Below are positions 1 through 9,836 of a stretch of DNA of 64,000 nucleotides, in pieces; the stretch's first letter is position 1; every line of letters begins with the position of its first letter. The DNA lies in the NCBI GenBank assembly GCA_964491475.1, contig CAZBFO010000001.1, forward strand, positions 110,720 to 174,719. Reading direction: 5' to 3'. A program made the translations under genes and the position numbers. Origin of the DNA: an uncultured Gammaproteobacteria bacterium (GTDB lineage: Bacteria > Patescibacteriota > Patescibacteriia > SG8-24). The notes under the pieces are model-generated. The model saw nothing but the letters and a program-made list of their open reading frames with translations. It did no database searches and was not told where the DNA came from.

Positions 1-73
1 GTCCTGCACGTAGCTTTTGATGGTGATGTCGCTGCCCTTGTGGACGCCGAGATGCAAGTGCTTGCGCTCGCCG

Positions 74-241
74 TCAGTCTCGCGGGAAAAGCGGTCCCGA
101 GGAGTCCGAGCTGCTGACCGCGTTTGAGAACGTCGCCGACGTCGGCGGCCGCGATGAGAACCGCAAGGAATACGAGATGACGAAAGCCAAACCCACGACC
201 GCCGCGGCGACGGCCAACGCCTTGTGATGGAGATGTTTCAT
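74..241 (-). CDS. small hypothetical membrane protein (55 aa)
   Basis: ATG inside ORF 74..385(-). Strong GC3 codon bias, one hydrophobic helix (ALAVAAAVVGLAFVI), 40 bp downstream of the oxidoreductase stop. No homology recognised. Confidence 0.3.
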   Translation of the reverse strand: MKHLHHKALAVAAAVVGLAFVISYSLRFSSRPPTSATFSNAVSSSDSSGPLFPRD

Positions 242-281
242 GCCGTCAGTGTAGCAGAAACGGCCCGCTGGCGCGGCCGGA

Positions 282-1538
282 CTAGTCGGAGGCGGCGCTT
301 TCGCCGGCCAACCGTCCGGTAGCCCACGACGCCTGCAGGTTGAAGCCGCCGGTAAAACCGTCCACGTCGAGAATTTCCCCGGCAAAGTACAAACCGGGGC
401 AGATGCGCGACTCCATGGTGCTTGGATTGACTCCCTTGAGTTCCACCCCGCCGGCAGTCACGAACTCGTCGCCTGCACCGCGGGAAACTACGGTCAGCGG
501 AATGCCCTTGAGCCAGGCACAGCATCGCATGATGTCCTTGTGCGCGACTTCGGCCGCATGTACGGTGCCGTCCACGCGCAGTTCGCGGCCGAGGATTTCG
601 GCCAGCGACTTCGGCACGGTCATGGCGATGACGTTGATGATGCCCTTCTTGGGATTCTCGGCGATCCGGCCCTTGACGCGCTCGGCCAGCGCGTCGACGG
701 TGGCGTCGGGAAACAGGTCGATGGCGATTTCGAGCGGCCGTGCGGCGTCGTAACGCTCGAAGGCTACCAGCGATGACAGCGCGAATACGGCGGGACCGCT
801 GACGCCGCGATGGGTGAACAGGAACGGTCCGGTGAACGACGGGCTGCCGCCGCGCTTGGCGGTGATGGTGGCGCTTTGGAACGACAGGCCGGAGATGTCC
901 GCCACCCAGCGTTCTCGCGTGCCGAAGGAGTTGAGGCTTGGTGCCAGCGCGGTGATGGTATGCCCCAGCGACATGGCAAAAGCGTAGCCGTCGCCGGTGG
1001 AACCGGTGGCGCGGTAAGCCTGGCCGCCGGTGGTCAGCACCACCTTGTCAACGGCCAGCGGCGCGTCGCTGCCGCGGAAGAAGATCGAGAAACCGTCGGC
1101 GCCTTTCTCTATCCTCGCCACGTGGGTGTTGAGCAGCACGCGCGTGCCGTTTTCTTGGAACAGCTTTTCGAACGCGCCGACCACGTCGTGGCCGTCGTCC
1201 GATTGCGGAAAGACGCGCATGTCATCTTGGGTTTTGAGCGGCACGCCGTGCGACTCGAACCAGTCGTAGACGGCCTGCGGCGGGAACTGGTGCATGGCCT
1301 TGGCCAGGAACTTGCTGCCGCGCGGATACTTGGTCAGCACCGTCTTGACGTCCGTGATGCCGGTGGTGACGTTGCAGCGTCCGCCGCCCGAGATGATGAC
1401 CTTCTTGCCGAGGCCGTCGTTGCGCTCGATCACGAAAACGTCGATCGAGGGATCGGTTTCGCGCGCTGCCGCTGCGGTCATGAGTCCGGCGGCTCCTCCG
1501 CCGATGACGGCCACTTTCATAGGCTTTAGGTCTAGCAT
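282..1538 (-). CDS. NAD(P)/FAD-dependent oxidoreductase, HI0933/BaiN family flavoprotein
   Basis: N-terminal Rossmann GxGxxG (VAVIGGGAAGLMTAAAA), GGGRCNVT motif and C-terminal FAGE motif typical of the HI0933-like family. 418 aa. Confidence 0.85.
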   Translation of the reverse strand: MLDLKPMKVAVIGGGAAGLMTAAAARETDPSIDVFVIERNDGLGKKVIISGGGRCNVTTGITDVKTVLTKYPRGSKFLAKAMHQFPPQAVYDWFESHGVPLKTQDDMRVFPQSDDGHDVVGAFEKLFQENGTRVLLNTHVARIEKGADGFSIFFRGSDAPLAVDKVVLTTGGQAYRATGSTGDGYAFAMSLGHTITALAPSLNSFGTRERWVADISGLSFQSATITAKRGGSPSFTGPFLFTHRGVSGPAVFALSSLVAFERYDAARPLEIAIDLFPDATVDALAERVKGRIAENPKKGIINVIAMTVPKSLAEILGRELRVDGTVHAAEVAHKDIMRCCAWLKGIPLTVVSRGAGDEFVTAGGVELKGVNPSTMESRICPGLYFAGEILDVDGFTGGFNLQASWATGRLAGESAASD

Positions 1539-1611
1539 AAAAACGGGGTTTTGGATAGGGGAGCAGCCTCGCGTTTGACCTGGGTTCGCGGCGTGTACTA
1601 GGCTTCAGGGA

Positions 1612-2991
1612 ATGTCGCGCGCTTTCTTTGCGAGTACCCGCAAAAACGTCATCACCGCCTCATTCGGCGTTTTTTTGGTTGCGGCGCTCGCTGCAGCGCA
1701 CGTTTTTGCGCCGTTGACGGTCCGCGCCGAGGGGGCCATGGACGCGGCCAACCTCAATGCCGCCGAGAAGCGGCAGCAGCTGGATGCCGTCAAGGAACAT
1801 TTGGGGCAACTGCAGGCCAAAAGGGCCGCGCTCATGAGCGCCGACGCCGCAAACGACGACTTGGGCCCCCTGCCCGACAGGAACGGCCAGTACGACAAGG
1901 CCGCAGCAGTCGCGGCGGCGGAGAACGCGCCGCCGGACGTCTACATGCTGGGGACCATCGAGCGCATCAGCCAAGGTCAGGACCAAGAAGTGGGCGGCGT
2001 GACGGAAAAGCAGAAGACGTTCTCGGTGCGCATCACCGGCGGTGCGGAGAAAGGCCGGCTGGTCACGGTGCGTGAGAGCGAATTGGACATCACCGGCCAG
2101 AACCGGCCGTTGGCCGCGGGTGATCGCGTCATCGTCGTCAAGAATTACCAGGACGGCTCCAACTTCGCCTATTACGTCGCCGATAACTACCGCATACCGT
2201 CGATGGCGCTGATGGCCCTGCTGTTCTTCGGGCTGGCGGTGCTGTTCGGCCGGCTGCGCGGCTTCACCTCGATGTTCGGGTTGGCCGTGACGGTCGGGGT
2301 GATCGTCTGGTACGTGGTGCCGCAGGTGAGCGCCGGTAAAAATCCGCTGACCGTCTGCGTGATCGGCGCGTTCGTCATCGCCGCCACCTCGCTGTACCTG
2401 GCGCACGGCTTCAACACGCGCACCACCATCGCGTTCGTGGGCACCTGTCTGACGCTGGGGTTCTCGTCGTGGATGGCGGTGCGCTTCGTCGGCTGGGCTC
2501 ACCTGTTCGGCACGGGCAGCGAAGACGCGCTGTTCCTCCAGGGAACGGGATTCGACCATCTCGATCTTCGCGGTTTGCTGTTGGGCGGCATCATCCTGGG
2601 CGTGCTGGGCATTCTCGACGACATCACCACTGCGCAGTCCGCCATCGTGGAAGAACTCAAGCGGGCAAATCCGCGGTTCGGATTCGCCGATTTGTATCGC
2701 CGCGGATTGTCGGTCGGACGGGAACACATCGCCTCGCTCATCAATACCTTGTTCCTGGCATACGCCGGCGCCTCGCTGCCGCTGTTCCTGCTGTTCAGCG
2801 CCAACAAGGGGCAGCCGCTCTGGTTCGTGCTGAACGGCGAGACCATTTCGGAAGAGATCGTGCGCACGCTGGTCGGCAGCATCTGCCTGATACTGGCGGT
2901 GCCGGTCACCACGGCGCTGGCCGCCTCGTACTTCAGCGAGCGACAGCCCAAGCCCGACGCTCACGGAGGCGGGCACGCGCATCATCATTAG
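1612..2991 (+). CDS. YibE/F family membrane protein
   Basis: 459 aa. Signal/TM at N-terminus, soluble domain, then multiple TM helices; overall architecture of the YibE/F family. Confidence 0.75.
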   Translation: MSRAFFASTRKNVITASFGVFLVAALAAAHVFAPLTVRAEGAMDAANLNAAEKRQQLDAVKEHLGQLQAKRAALMSADAANDDLGPLPDRNGQYDKAAAVAAAENAPPDVYMLGTIERISQGQDQEVGGVTEKQKTFSVRITGGAEKGRLVTVRESELDITGQNRPLAAGDRVIVVKNYQDGSNFAYYVADNYRIPSMALMALLFFGLAVLFGRLRGFTSMFGLAVTVGVIVWYVVPQVSAGKNPLTVCVIGAFVIAATSLYLAHGFNTRTTIAFVGTCLTLGFSSWMAVRFVGWAHLFGTGSEDALFLQGTGFDHLDLRGLLLGGIILGVLGILDDITTAQSAIVEELKRANPRFGFADLYRRGLSVGREHIASLINTLFLAYAGASLPLFLLFSANKGQPLWFVLNGETISEEIVRTLVGSICLILAVPVTTALAASYFSERQPKPDAHGGGHAHHH

Positions 2992-2995
2992 CAAA

Positions 2996-3018
2996 GGCGG
3001 CCTCCGGGCCGTTTTTTG
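2996..3018 (+). terminator. rho-independent terminator after YibE/F gene
   Basis: GGCGGCC-TCCG-GGCCG hairpin followed by TTTTTTG. Confidence 0.6.
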
Positions 3019-3046
3019 CGCGCAGCATTCGTGCTACACTGCGGTC

Positions 3047-4687
3047 ATGAGCACCATCGAAGACCTGGGCAAAATCCTGCGAGGAGAGGTGCTTGCGGAT
3101 GACGCCACGCTGACGACGTATTCCCACGACGCCAGCCTGTTTGAGATTCGCCCGTCGGTGGTGGCCTTTCCCAAGGACGCCGAGGATGTCGGGGCGCTGG
3201 TGCGGTACGTCGCGGAGCATCGCGATACGGGCATGTCGGTCACCGCGCGTTCTGCCGGCACGGACATGACCGGCGGAGCCCTGTCCGAATCGGTCATCAT
3301 CGACTTCACCAAGCACTTCGATCGGATCATCCGCGTGGGCGACGGCGAGGCGGTCACGCAGCCCGGCGTGTTCTACCGCGACTTCGAAAAGGCCACGCTG
3401 GCCCAGGGGCTGCTGCTGCCGTCATACCCGGCCTCGCGCGAGATCTGCACCGTCGGCGGCATGGCGGCAAACAATTCGGGCGGCGAAAAGTCGCTGCGTT
3501 TCGGAAAGACCGCGCGGTACGTCAAGCATCTCAAGGTGGTGCTGCGCGATGGCAAGGAATACGGCTTCGGCCCGCTGAACAGGCAGCAGCTGGATGCCAA
3601 GCTGGCCCAGCACGATCTCGAGGGCGAACTCCATCGACAGATGTTCGCGCTGGTGGACGGCAACGCCGAACTGCTGCGCAAGGCCAAGCCGAACGTCTCC
3701 AAGAACTCCGCCGGTTACGGGCTGTGGGACGTCTGGGACGGCACCACCTTCGACCTCACCAAGGCGCTGGTCGGTTCGCAGGGCACGCTCGGAATCATCA
3801 CGGAAATCACCTACCGCCTGGTGCACAAGAAACCGCATGCCAAGCTGCTGGTCATTTTCCTGAAAGACCTGGCGCCGCTGCCCGGCGTGGTCAATGCGGT
3901 GCTCAAGCACGAGCCGGAGTCGTTCGAGTCCTACGACGACCACACCATGAAGTTCGCCTTCCGCTACTTCGGCGACATCGTCAAGACCATGGGCACGGGG
4001 GCGCTTTCGTTGGCGTTCCGTTTTCTGCCGGAAGCGTGGATGGTGGCGACGCGCGGCTTTCCCAAGCTGGTGATGCTGGCGGAATTCACCGGCGATACCG
4101 AAGAGGAAGTCGACGCTGCCATTTCCGCCGCTGCGGCGGACGTGGCGCCGTTCGGCCTGCCGACGCGCGTCACCAAGACCGAGGCGGAAGCGGCCAAGTA
4201 CTGGGTGATGCGCCGCGAGAGCTTCAACCTGCTGCGCCGGCATTTCAAGAAGATGCAGACCGCGCCGTTCATCGACGACTTCTGCGTGCGGCCCGAACAG
4301 CTGCCGGAGTTCCTGCCCAAGCTGTACGCGGCGCTCGACAAGTACAAGCTGCTGCTGACGGTCGTCGGTCACGTCGGCGACGCCAACTTCCACATCATTC
4401 CCATCATGGACCTGGCCGACCCGCGCACGGCCGAAATCATCGAGAAGCTTTCCAAGGAGGTGTACGACCTGGTGTTCAGCTATGGCGGCTCGATGACCGG
4501 CGAGCACAACGACGGCCTGGTACGGGGACCGTTCTTGCGGCAGATGTTCGGCGATCAGGTCTACGCCCTGTTCGAGGAGACCAAACGCGTCTTCGATCCC
4601 GACGCCATCTTCAATCCGGGCAAAAAGGTAGGCGCCTCGTTGCCTTACGCGATGGCGCACCTGAAGGGTCGCGCCAAACAGACGTGA
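3047..4687 (+). CDS. FAD-binding oxidoreductase (FAD-linked oxidase, GlcD/D-lactate dehydrogenase-like)
   Basis: 546 aa. PCMH-type FAD-binding N-terminus (RSAGTDMTGGA, ICTVGGMAANNSGG) and C-terminal FAD-oxidase domain. Confidence 0.85.
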   Translation: MSTIEDLGKILRGEVLADDATLTTYSHDASLFEIRPSVVAFPKDAEDVGALVRYVAEHRDTGMSVTARSAGTDMTGGALSESVIIDFTKHFDRIIRVGDGEAVTQPGVFYRDFEKATLAQGLLLPSYPASREICTVGGMAANNSGGEKSLRFGKTARYVKHLKVVLRDGKEYGFGPLNRQQLDAKLAQHDLEGELHRQMFALVDGNAELLRKAKPNVSKNSAGYGLWDVWDGTTFDLTKALVGSQGTLGIITEITYRLVHKKPHAKLLVIFLKDLAPLPGVVNAVLKHEPESFESYDDHTMKFAFRYFGDIVKTMGTGALSLAFRFLPEAWMVATRGFPKLVMLAEFTGDTEEEVDAAISAAAADVAPFGLPTRVTKTEAEAAKYWVMRRESFNLLRRHFKKMQTAPFIDDFCVRPEQLPEFLPKLYAALDKYKLLLTVVGHVGDANFHIIPIMDLADPRTAEIIEKLSKEVYDLVFSYGGSMTGEHNDGLVRGPFLRQMFGDQVYALFEETKRVFDPDAIFNPGKKVGASLPYAMAHLKGRAKQT

Positions 4688-4718
4688 CGAAGTCGTGGCC
4701 GTATTAAGCTTGGCGCAT

Positions 4719-6101
4719 ATGAAGAAGACGTTTCCCGTTGCCATCGTCGGTTTCCTGCTGCTGGCCGCCATCGGCGCGTATTTTCTTGCGAAAATGAGCG
4801 CGAAGCTCCCGATCACGAAGGCACCGCCGACCGAATGGCCCATCATCGATTCGACCAAGAGCGCACCGACCATGCCGGGCGGCGGCGGCAGCGTCCCGTC
4901 GGAAGCGGGCGGCACGCCGTCGGTCAACGCGCCGGAGAACCAGCTGCAGGCCCAGGAACAGACGGAGGAAACGCACGTGGTGTCACCCGTCATCGAGCAG
5001 TATTGGCCGGAGGCGTCGGTGAACCTGACCGGAGGGACGCTTGGCAACCAGCGCGTACCCTTTACTGACGGCATCGGCGACATCCATCAGGTGCTCTTCC
5101 ATCTGCCCAGCTACACCTTGTTCATGGCCGTCACCGAACCGAACGGCATGCGTTCCGTCTGGCAGATGCATGAGAACCGCAAACCGGAGCGCGTCTTTGC
5201 CGGCACCGACGCCAAGGGCGACCTGGTGCTCTTCCAGACCTCGGACGGCACCGTGTACGTGCAGATGGACAACCCTTGCAGCCTGTACCGCTCGGGCGAC
5301 GGCCTCAAGTCATGGCACTTGGTGTCGCGCGACGCCTGCATGTTCTGGTCCATGGCCGACGACGGCAAAGGCAACGTCTACGCCACCATCCATAACTGGA
5401 ACGAGGCGACGTTGTGGCGCAGCCCCGACGACGGCTTTTCGTGGGAGCGGTGGAAGGACTTTCAGCAGCTGTTTCCGGAATACGCCGTCACTTACGCCGA
5501 AAACGACGACCGCATGAAGCTGCGTCACCTGCACGACGTGCTCTACGACCAGCAGAGCGGCACCCTCGTGGTCGGTACCGGCGACGTCGCCCGTTATGCC
5601 TTCGCCTCGCAGGATGACGGGCAAACTTGGATGCGCATTTGGGACGAGGGATTTACCAGCCACGTGGCCATGTCGGGCGGCGACCGGTTCTTGCTGGGTC
5701 CGGACCAGCTGCATAATCACGGCATCGGCCTATACGACGTCAAAAAGGGGACCACCAAGGAGGTGTGGAACCCGCGCCCGTACGGCTACGCCGGCTATGT
5801 CTACAGCATGGCCAACGTCGATGGCATCTATTACGCGGCCGTGCACACCGAGGCCAATGAGGTGGATTCCATCGTCCCCAAGTTCGGCATCATCACCTCT
5901 CCGGACGGCCTGCGCTGGTACCGCTTCCTCGAATGGGGTCCGTTGGGCAACCACGCCCGCACTGACATCTGGATTACCCCGGCGCCCGGGATCATCTACG
6001 CCAGCATCAACGGCAGTCTTTACGCCTTCCGGCCGCTCGACAAGGCCTGGTTCAGCGACAAGGAACCGTTCGATGATACGCACCCGACCCAGGGTCACTG
6101 A
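4719..6101 (+). CDS. membrane-anchored BNR/Asp-box repeat (sialidase-like beta-propeller) protein
   Basis: N-terminal TM helix. Several S-x-D-x-G-x-(T/S)-W Asp-box motifs (SGDGLKSW, SQDDGQTW, SPDDGFSW, SPDGLRW). Alternative GTG start at 4695. Confidence 0.6.
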   Translation: MKKTFPVAIVGFLLLAAIGAYFLAKMSAKLPITKAPPTEWPIIDSTKSAPTMPGGGGSVPSEAGGTPSVNAPENQLQAQEQTEETHVVSPVIEQYWPEASVNLTGGTLGNQRVPFTDGIGDIHQVLFHLPSYTLFMAVTEPNGMRSVWQMHENRKPERVFAGTDAKGDLVLFQTSDGTVYVQMDNPCSLYRSGDGLKSWHLVSRDACMFWSMADDGKGNVYATIHNWNEATLWRSPDDGFSWERWKDFQQLFPEYAVTYAENDDRMKLRHLHDVLYDQQSGTLVVGTGDVARYAFASQDDGQTWMRIWDEGFTSHVAMSGGDRFLLGPDQLHNHGIGLYDVKKGTTKEVWNPRPYGYAGYVYSMANVDGIYYAAVHTEANEVDSIVPKFGIITSPDGLRWYRFLEWGPLGNHARTDIWITPAPGIIYASINGSLYAFRPLDKAWFSDKEPFDDTHPTQGH

Positions 6102-6154
6102 CCCTTGCCAAAAAACGAAAAAGGGGTTCAACTGGACGCAGCTCTTTTGGAGGC

Positions 6155-6580
6155 GTGATGAAAGACAAGAAAACGGAATATCTGGACGCGTCTTACGAGG
6201 CACTGATCGAGCGCACGGCCAAGAACGAGCATTTGCGCGTCGACGACCTTCGCAACGGCGACGTGCTCACCGTGGTCACGCAGAACCACCGCTACGACTT
6301 CGCGGTGCTCGACCGCGCCGAGGGGCGCGTCCGCTTGACCAGCGATAATCCCCAGTACGCCGGACCGTACGAAGGGCACATCATCGGCAGCCTTTTGGCT
6401 TCCGGCGGTTCGTCCATCTACGCGGGCCGAGTGGTCATCGGCCTTTGCCTGGCGTTTGCCAGCCCCGCATTGCGCACGCCGGATGTGCTTCTTCCGGAGC
6501 TGTACCTCACGGCAACGCGCGAAATCCTGGTAAACGGCTTCCGCGTCCTGCCCACCGTCGCTGGCGGCACGAGGCAGTAA
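6155..6580 (+). CDS. hypothetical protein
   Basis: 141 aa. Good SD (GGAGG) 6 nt upstream of ATG, GC3 bias, followed by a terminator. No recognisable domain. Confidence 0.5.
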   Translation: MMKDKKTEYLDASYEALIERTAKNEHLRVDDLRNGDVLTVVTQNHRYDFAVLDRAEGRVRLTSDNPQYAGPYEGHIIGSLLASGGSSIYAGRVVIGLCLAFASPALRTPDVLLPELYLTATREILVNGFRVLPTVAGGTRQ

Positions 6581-6609
6581 GACGTCCTGCACTGCAGGGC
6601 GCTTTTTTT
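6581..6609 (+). terminator. rho-independent terminator
   Basis: Palindrome GACGTCCTGCA-c-TGCAGGGCGC followed by TTTTTTT. Confidence 0.7.
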
Positions 6610-6662
6610 ATGCCGCGATTCGCGTATACTGAAGCGACTTCTCTCCCTAACTGCCCATCCCA

Positions 6663-6920
6663 ATGGCTCTCCTGGAATTCTACGGGACCGAGTGTCCGCA
6701 CTGCATTACCATGGCTCCGCTGATCGAGAAACTTCGCGCCGAAGGCTTCGTCGTTGAGCAGTTCGAAACCTGGCACGATGCCGCCAATGCCGCCAAACTG
6801 GCGGAATACGACCGCGGCCTGTGCGGCGGCGTGCCGTTTTTCTTCAACACCGAAAGCGGCAAGCACCTCTGCGGCGGCACCGACTACGACACCCTCAAGG
6901 CCTGGGCCGAAGGGAAGTGA
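6663..6920 (+). CDS. thioredoxin/glutaredoxin-like small protein (CPHC active site)
   Basis: 85 aa. FYGTECPHC motif near the N-terminus, typical of the thioredoxin fold. Confidence 0.75.
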   Translation: MALLEFYGTECPHCITMAPLIEKLRAEGFVVEQFETWHDAANAAKLAEYDRGLCGGVPFFFNTESGKHLCGGTDYDTLKAWAEGK

Positions 6921-6954
6921 AAGCCTCTCCCGGCCCCGTATCCATTGACTGAAA

Positions 6955-6984
6955 TTGACGGTTATCGTCTTCGGAAATTATACT
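6955..6984 (+). promoter_or_regulatory. sigma-70-type promoter for the HU gene (TTGACG-N18-TATACT)
   Basis: Near-consensus -35 (a second TTGACT lies just upstream) and -10 TATACT, about 35 bp before the hup start. Confidence 0.5.
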
Positions 6985-7018
6985 GTGTGCATAACTCCAT
7001 TTGTGGATCATCATCACT

Positions 7019-7300
7019 ATGGCCAAAATGACCAAGGCTCAGATTCTCTCGGCTCTCGCCGACAAGACCGGCATGCAGAAGAAAGACGCCGCCGCTTTCA
7101 TGGACGCGCTTAACGCCCTCGCCCTCTCCGAGGTCAAGAAGAACGGCATGTTCTCGGTCGGCGACTTGGGCAAGCTGGTGAAGATGCACCGCAAGGCTCG
7201 TCAGGGTCGCAACCCGGCTACCGGCGCCACCATCCAGATTCCGGCCAAGACCGTGGTGAAGTTCCGCGTGGCCAAGGCCGCCAAGGACGCAGTGCTCTAA
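7019..7300 (+). CDS. hup: HU family DNA-binding protein
   Basis: MTKAQILSALADKTG...RNPATGATIQIPAKTVVKFRVAKAAKDAV matches the bacterial HU/IHF fold, including the RNP..G arm motif. Start could be 7028. Confidence 0.9.
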   Translation: MAKMTKAQILSALADKTGMQKKDAAAFMDALNALALSEVKKNGMFSVGDLGKLVKMHRKARQGRNPATGATIQIPAKTVVKFRVAKAAKDAVL

Positions 7301-7318
7301 TCGCTTCCGCAATCAAAA

Positions 7319-7351
7319 ACGCGGCTTCCGCAAGGGGCCGCGTTTCGTTTT
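7319..7351 (+). terminator. rho-independent terminator after hup
   Basis: ACGCGGC-N11-GCCGCGT hairpin then TTTCGTTTT. Confidence 0.7.
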
Positions 7352-7366
7352 GGGCCGTCGGACGCC

Positions 7367-8161
7367 TCATTGCAGCGTGGAGAAGGCGAATCCTTCGGCC
7401 CGAAGCGCCGGAACGATCTTGCGCAGGGCATCCGTGGTTGCCGGAGCGTTGGGACCGCCCAGGTGCATCACTACCACGCTGCCGTCCTTCGCGCTGCTTA
7501 TCACTCGCCGGGCAATCCCGTCCGCATTGCGGTTGAAGGCATCGCCGGAAACCAGGTTGCCGTCGTTTATCCGCAGTCCCTGCGACGTGACGATGGCGTC
7601 GTCGTGGGCGTTCTTGCAGAGACCGGGGTAGCGGAACAGCGTCGGTGCCTTGCCGGTCAGGCGTGTGAGTATCGACTGCGTCTCGGAGACTTCGGCACGG
7701 CGCTGATCGTCGGTCTTCAGCTCGTTGAGGCCGTAGCAGGGGAACTCGAAGCCGGAATGGTCATAGCTGTGATTCTGCAGCGAGAAACGATCGTCTTTCG
7801 CCAGGCCGGCAATGAGCGACTGGTACGTCTCGGCGAACATGCCGGTGACGAAGATGGTCGCATGTACGTCTTCCTGGCGAAGGTAGGCGATGAGGGCAGG
7901 GTCGTACCAGGCGCGGACTTTCTTTTCCTCGAGGCGCTTTTTCATCGAGGGCGTCATGTCGGCGTCGAAAGTCAGGTAGACCGTTTTGTTGGCGGCATTT
8001 GAGGACGCCACTTTTTGCGGCGCGTCGGCAGCCACGGGCAATTCGGATTTTCCGAATTGCAGCCCGGCCAGCGGGGAATGCCCGTCGGTGCAGCCAAAAC
8101 CGGCCACGCAAAGGACCGTGACCACGAAAGCGGCGAGTGACGATGCCCTGGGGTAAGTCAT
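7367..8161 (-). CDS. polysaccharide deacetylase family lipoprotein (NodB homology domain)
   Basis: Lipobox LCVAGFGC; NodB motifs TFDADMT, HSYDH, RYPGLC, VVMH. Confidence 0.8.
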   Translation of the reverse strand: MTYPRASSLAAFVVTVLCVAGFGCTDGHSPLAGLQFGKSELPVAADAPQKVASSNAANKTVYLTFDADMTPSMKKRLEEKKVRAWYDPALIAYLRQEDVHATIFVTGMFAETYQSLIAGLAKDDRFSLQNHSYDHSGFEFPCYGLNELKTDDQRRAEVSETQSILTRLTGKAPTLFRYPGLCKNAHDDAIVTSQGLRINDGNLVSGDAFNRNADGIARRVISSAKDGSVVVMHLGGPNAPATTDALRKIVPALRAEGFAFSTLQ

Positions 8162-8307
8162 GTGCAGACCATCTTTGCATGGCCGGCGAACGACGGCAAC
8201 GACCTGGCCGCTCCGCGACCTTCAAAATGCCATAATTTGGCTAAAAAAAGGCAAACTGTGGACGATGCACGTTGCTGGAAAACGGTTTTTTCGTTATACC
8301 GAACAAT

Positions 8308-9780
8308 ATGTTTTCCAAGCGCCTTGTCACCGTTGCCGCCATTCTCCTTTCCGTCGCTTTCGTCCTGCCTGCAGCCGCGCAAACGGCGCCAATCGACGAT
8401 TCGACGCCTGCGACGACCGTACAGTCGCCCCAAAAGATGACCGTTCTGGATGCCGTGCATAGGGGCAAGGCGATGCTGAACGCCATTCTTGCCGATGGGC
8501 TGAAGACTCGAAAGCAGCCCTACGCGGTGTCGAACGCCTCGACTGCCAAGATTACCCTGGCGGTTTGGAACCGCGCCACCGATGTCATCGATATCGTAGG
8601 TGCCGACAAATACGGCGACAGCCTGAAAATCACCTCCGGACCCAAGCTGCCGATCAGCGTCAGCTACAGCGCCAAGTTGGCGTCGCAGTATTCTCTGCCG
8701 CCCGAATCCGACAGCCTGGTTGTCGGCGTGATCTATCCGGTCACTTCCAAGAACGTCATTTCGAGGAAAAAGGTGACCTATTCGGCAGTCGACACGGTTT
8801 ACGTTCCTTATGACTCCGCCTTCTATACCCCGCAGATGCTCTCCGCCGGTTCGGACTACCTGTCATTCCTCATCCAGGACGCCTATGACGAACTGCGCGC
8901 AAAGGGCATCAAGTCGCGGGCGTACCCCGACAAGCTTCTGGCGGACGTCGTGGACCCTTACCTAGTGAAGTCCATTGCCGTCATCGAGCATAGCGATACC
9001 TATTCGCTGACCAAGCAGGACGACCAGGACCGGGCCATCGGGCGGTTCCTGATCAAGCTTGCCACCAACGAGGAAGAAACCTTCCGTGCCTCCGTGTCGA
9101 CTGCCGGCGCGCAGGGACTGGTGCAGTTTATTCCCTCCACCTATGCCTTGATGGTACGCACTCGTCCGGACCTGGGGCTGATCAAGGATTTCCACGCCGG
9201 AATGGCCGATCACAAGAATGCCGTGAAGGCACAGGTCGCCTATATCGACAGCGACTTGGCGGGCATGCCGCTCGTGAAGCAGCTGTACTTGACCGACAAG
9301 GCCAAGGCCGCGGAATACCTTGCCGCTTCCTACAACGGCGGTTCAACGCGCGTCATACGTGCTTATACGGCCTTCGGTGACGATTGGCAGGCCTCGCGTC
9401 GGACGCAACTGAATGCCGCCGACAGCAAGCAGGCGGGGCTCAAATCGCGCATCTTGGCCTTGCTGGCGCAGATCAACAAAGGCAAGGACGTGAAGGCCAA
9501 CAAAGCCACGGTCGCTAAGCTGCGAAGCCAGCGTGCCGATGCGCTTTCCGCGATTGCTTCGCTAAAGAAGGCTTCGCTCAAGGAGGAGACCGTCGGCTAC
9601 GTCGCCAAGCTCAAGCACGCCTACGCCATGTTCACTGCCGGGTACTTTGCCACGCCGAGCGCGCCTTCCGGGGCGCTGCCAGCGGTGGCCGTGACGCCAC
9701 CGTCTTCGGCAACGGCTCCCGTAGCCGCAGGCAGCAGCCAAGTCTGCTTCGGCGACGGCGCCTGCGCCATAGCGCAGTAG
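8308..9780 (+). CDS. secreted protein with lytic transglycosylase (SLT/lysozyme-like) domain
   Basis: Signal peptide MFSKRLVTVAAILLSVAFVLPAAAQ. C-terminal region GLVQFIPSTYALM resembles the SLT catalytic core; the rest is uncharacterised. Confidence 0.55.
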   Translation: MFSKRLVTVAAILLSVAFVLPAAAQTAPIDDSTPATTVQSPQKMTVLDAVHRGKAMLNAILADGLKTRKQPYAVSNASTAKITLAVWNRATDVIDIVGADKYGDSLKITSGPKLPISVSYSAKLASQYSLPPESDSLVVGVIYPVTSKNVISRKKVTYSAVDTVYVPYDSAFYTPQMLSAGSDYLSFLIQDAYDELRAKGIKSRAYPDKLLADVVDPYLVKSIAVIEHSDTYSLTKQDDQDRAIGRFLIKLATNEEETFRASVSTAGAQGLVQFIPSTYALMVRTRPDLGLIKDFHAGMADHKNAVKAQVAYIDSDLAGMPLVKQLYLTDKAKAAEYLAASYNGGSTRVIRAYTAFGDDWQASRRTQLNAADSKQAGLKSRILALLAQINKGKDVKANKATVAKLRSQRADALSAIASLKKASLKEETVGYVAKLKHAYAMFTAGYFATPSAPSGALPAVAVTPPSSATAPVAAGSSQVCFGDGACAIAQ

Positions 9781-9805
9781 CAGGCGGCCGATTGCGACAA
9801 AAAAA

Positions 9806-9834
9806 GACCGGCCCCGCGTTGGGGCCGGTTTTTG
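9806..9834. terminator. bidirectional terminator between convergent genes
   Basis: GACCGGCCCC-GCGTT-GGGGCCGGT hairpin flanked by AAAAAA and TTTTTG. Confidence 0.7.
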
Positions 9835-9836
9835 CG

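Noticed and set aside
1660-2994. Long antisense ORFs opposite real genes: 1660-2994(-), 3422-5083(-), 9562-10758(-), 10104-11726(+), 20126-22141(-), 24522-26276(-), 32611-34590(-), 38057-39958(-), 60818-62467(-) and similar.
   Set aside because: Each lies opposite or out of frame with a gene that has clear homology. Their translations are Arg/Ala/Gly/Pro-rich low-complexity strings typical of spurious open frames in 65%-GC DNA, and they lack GC3 bias.
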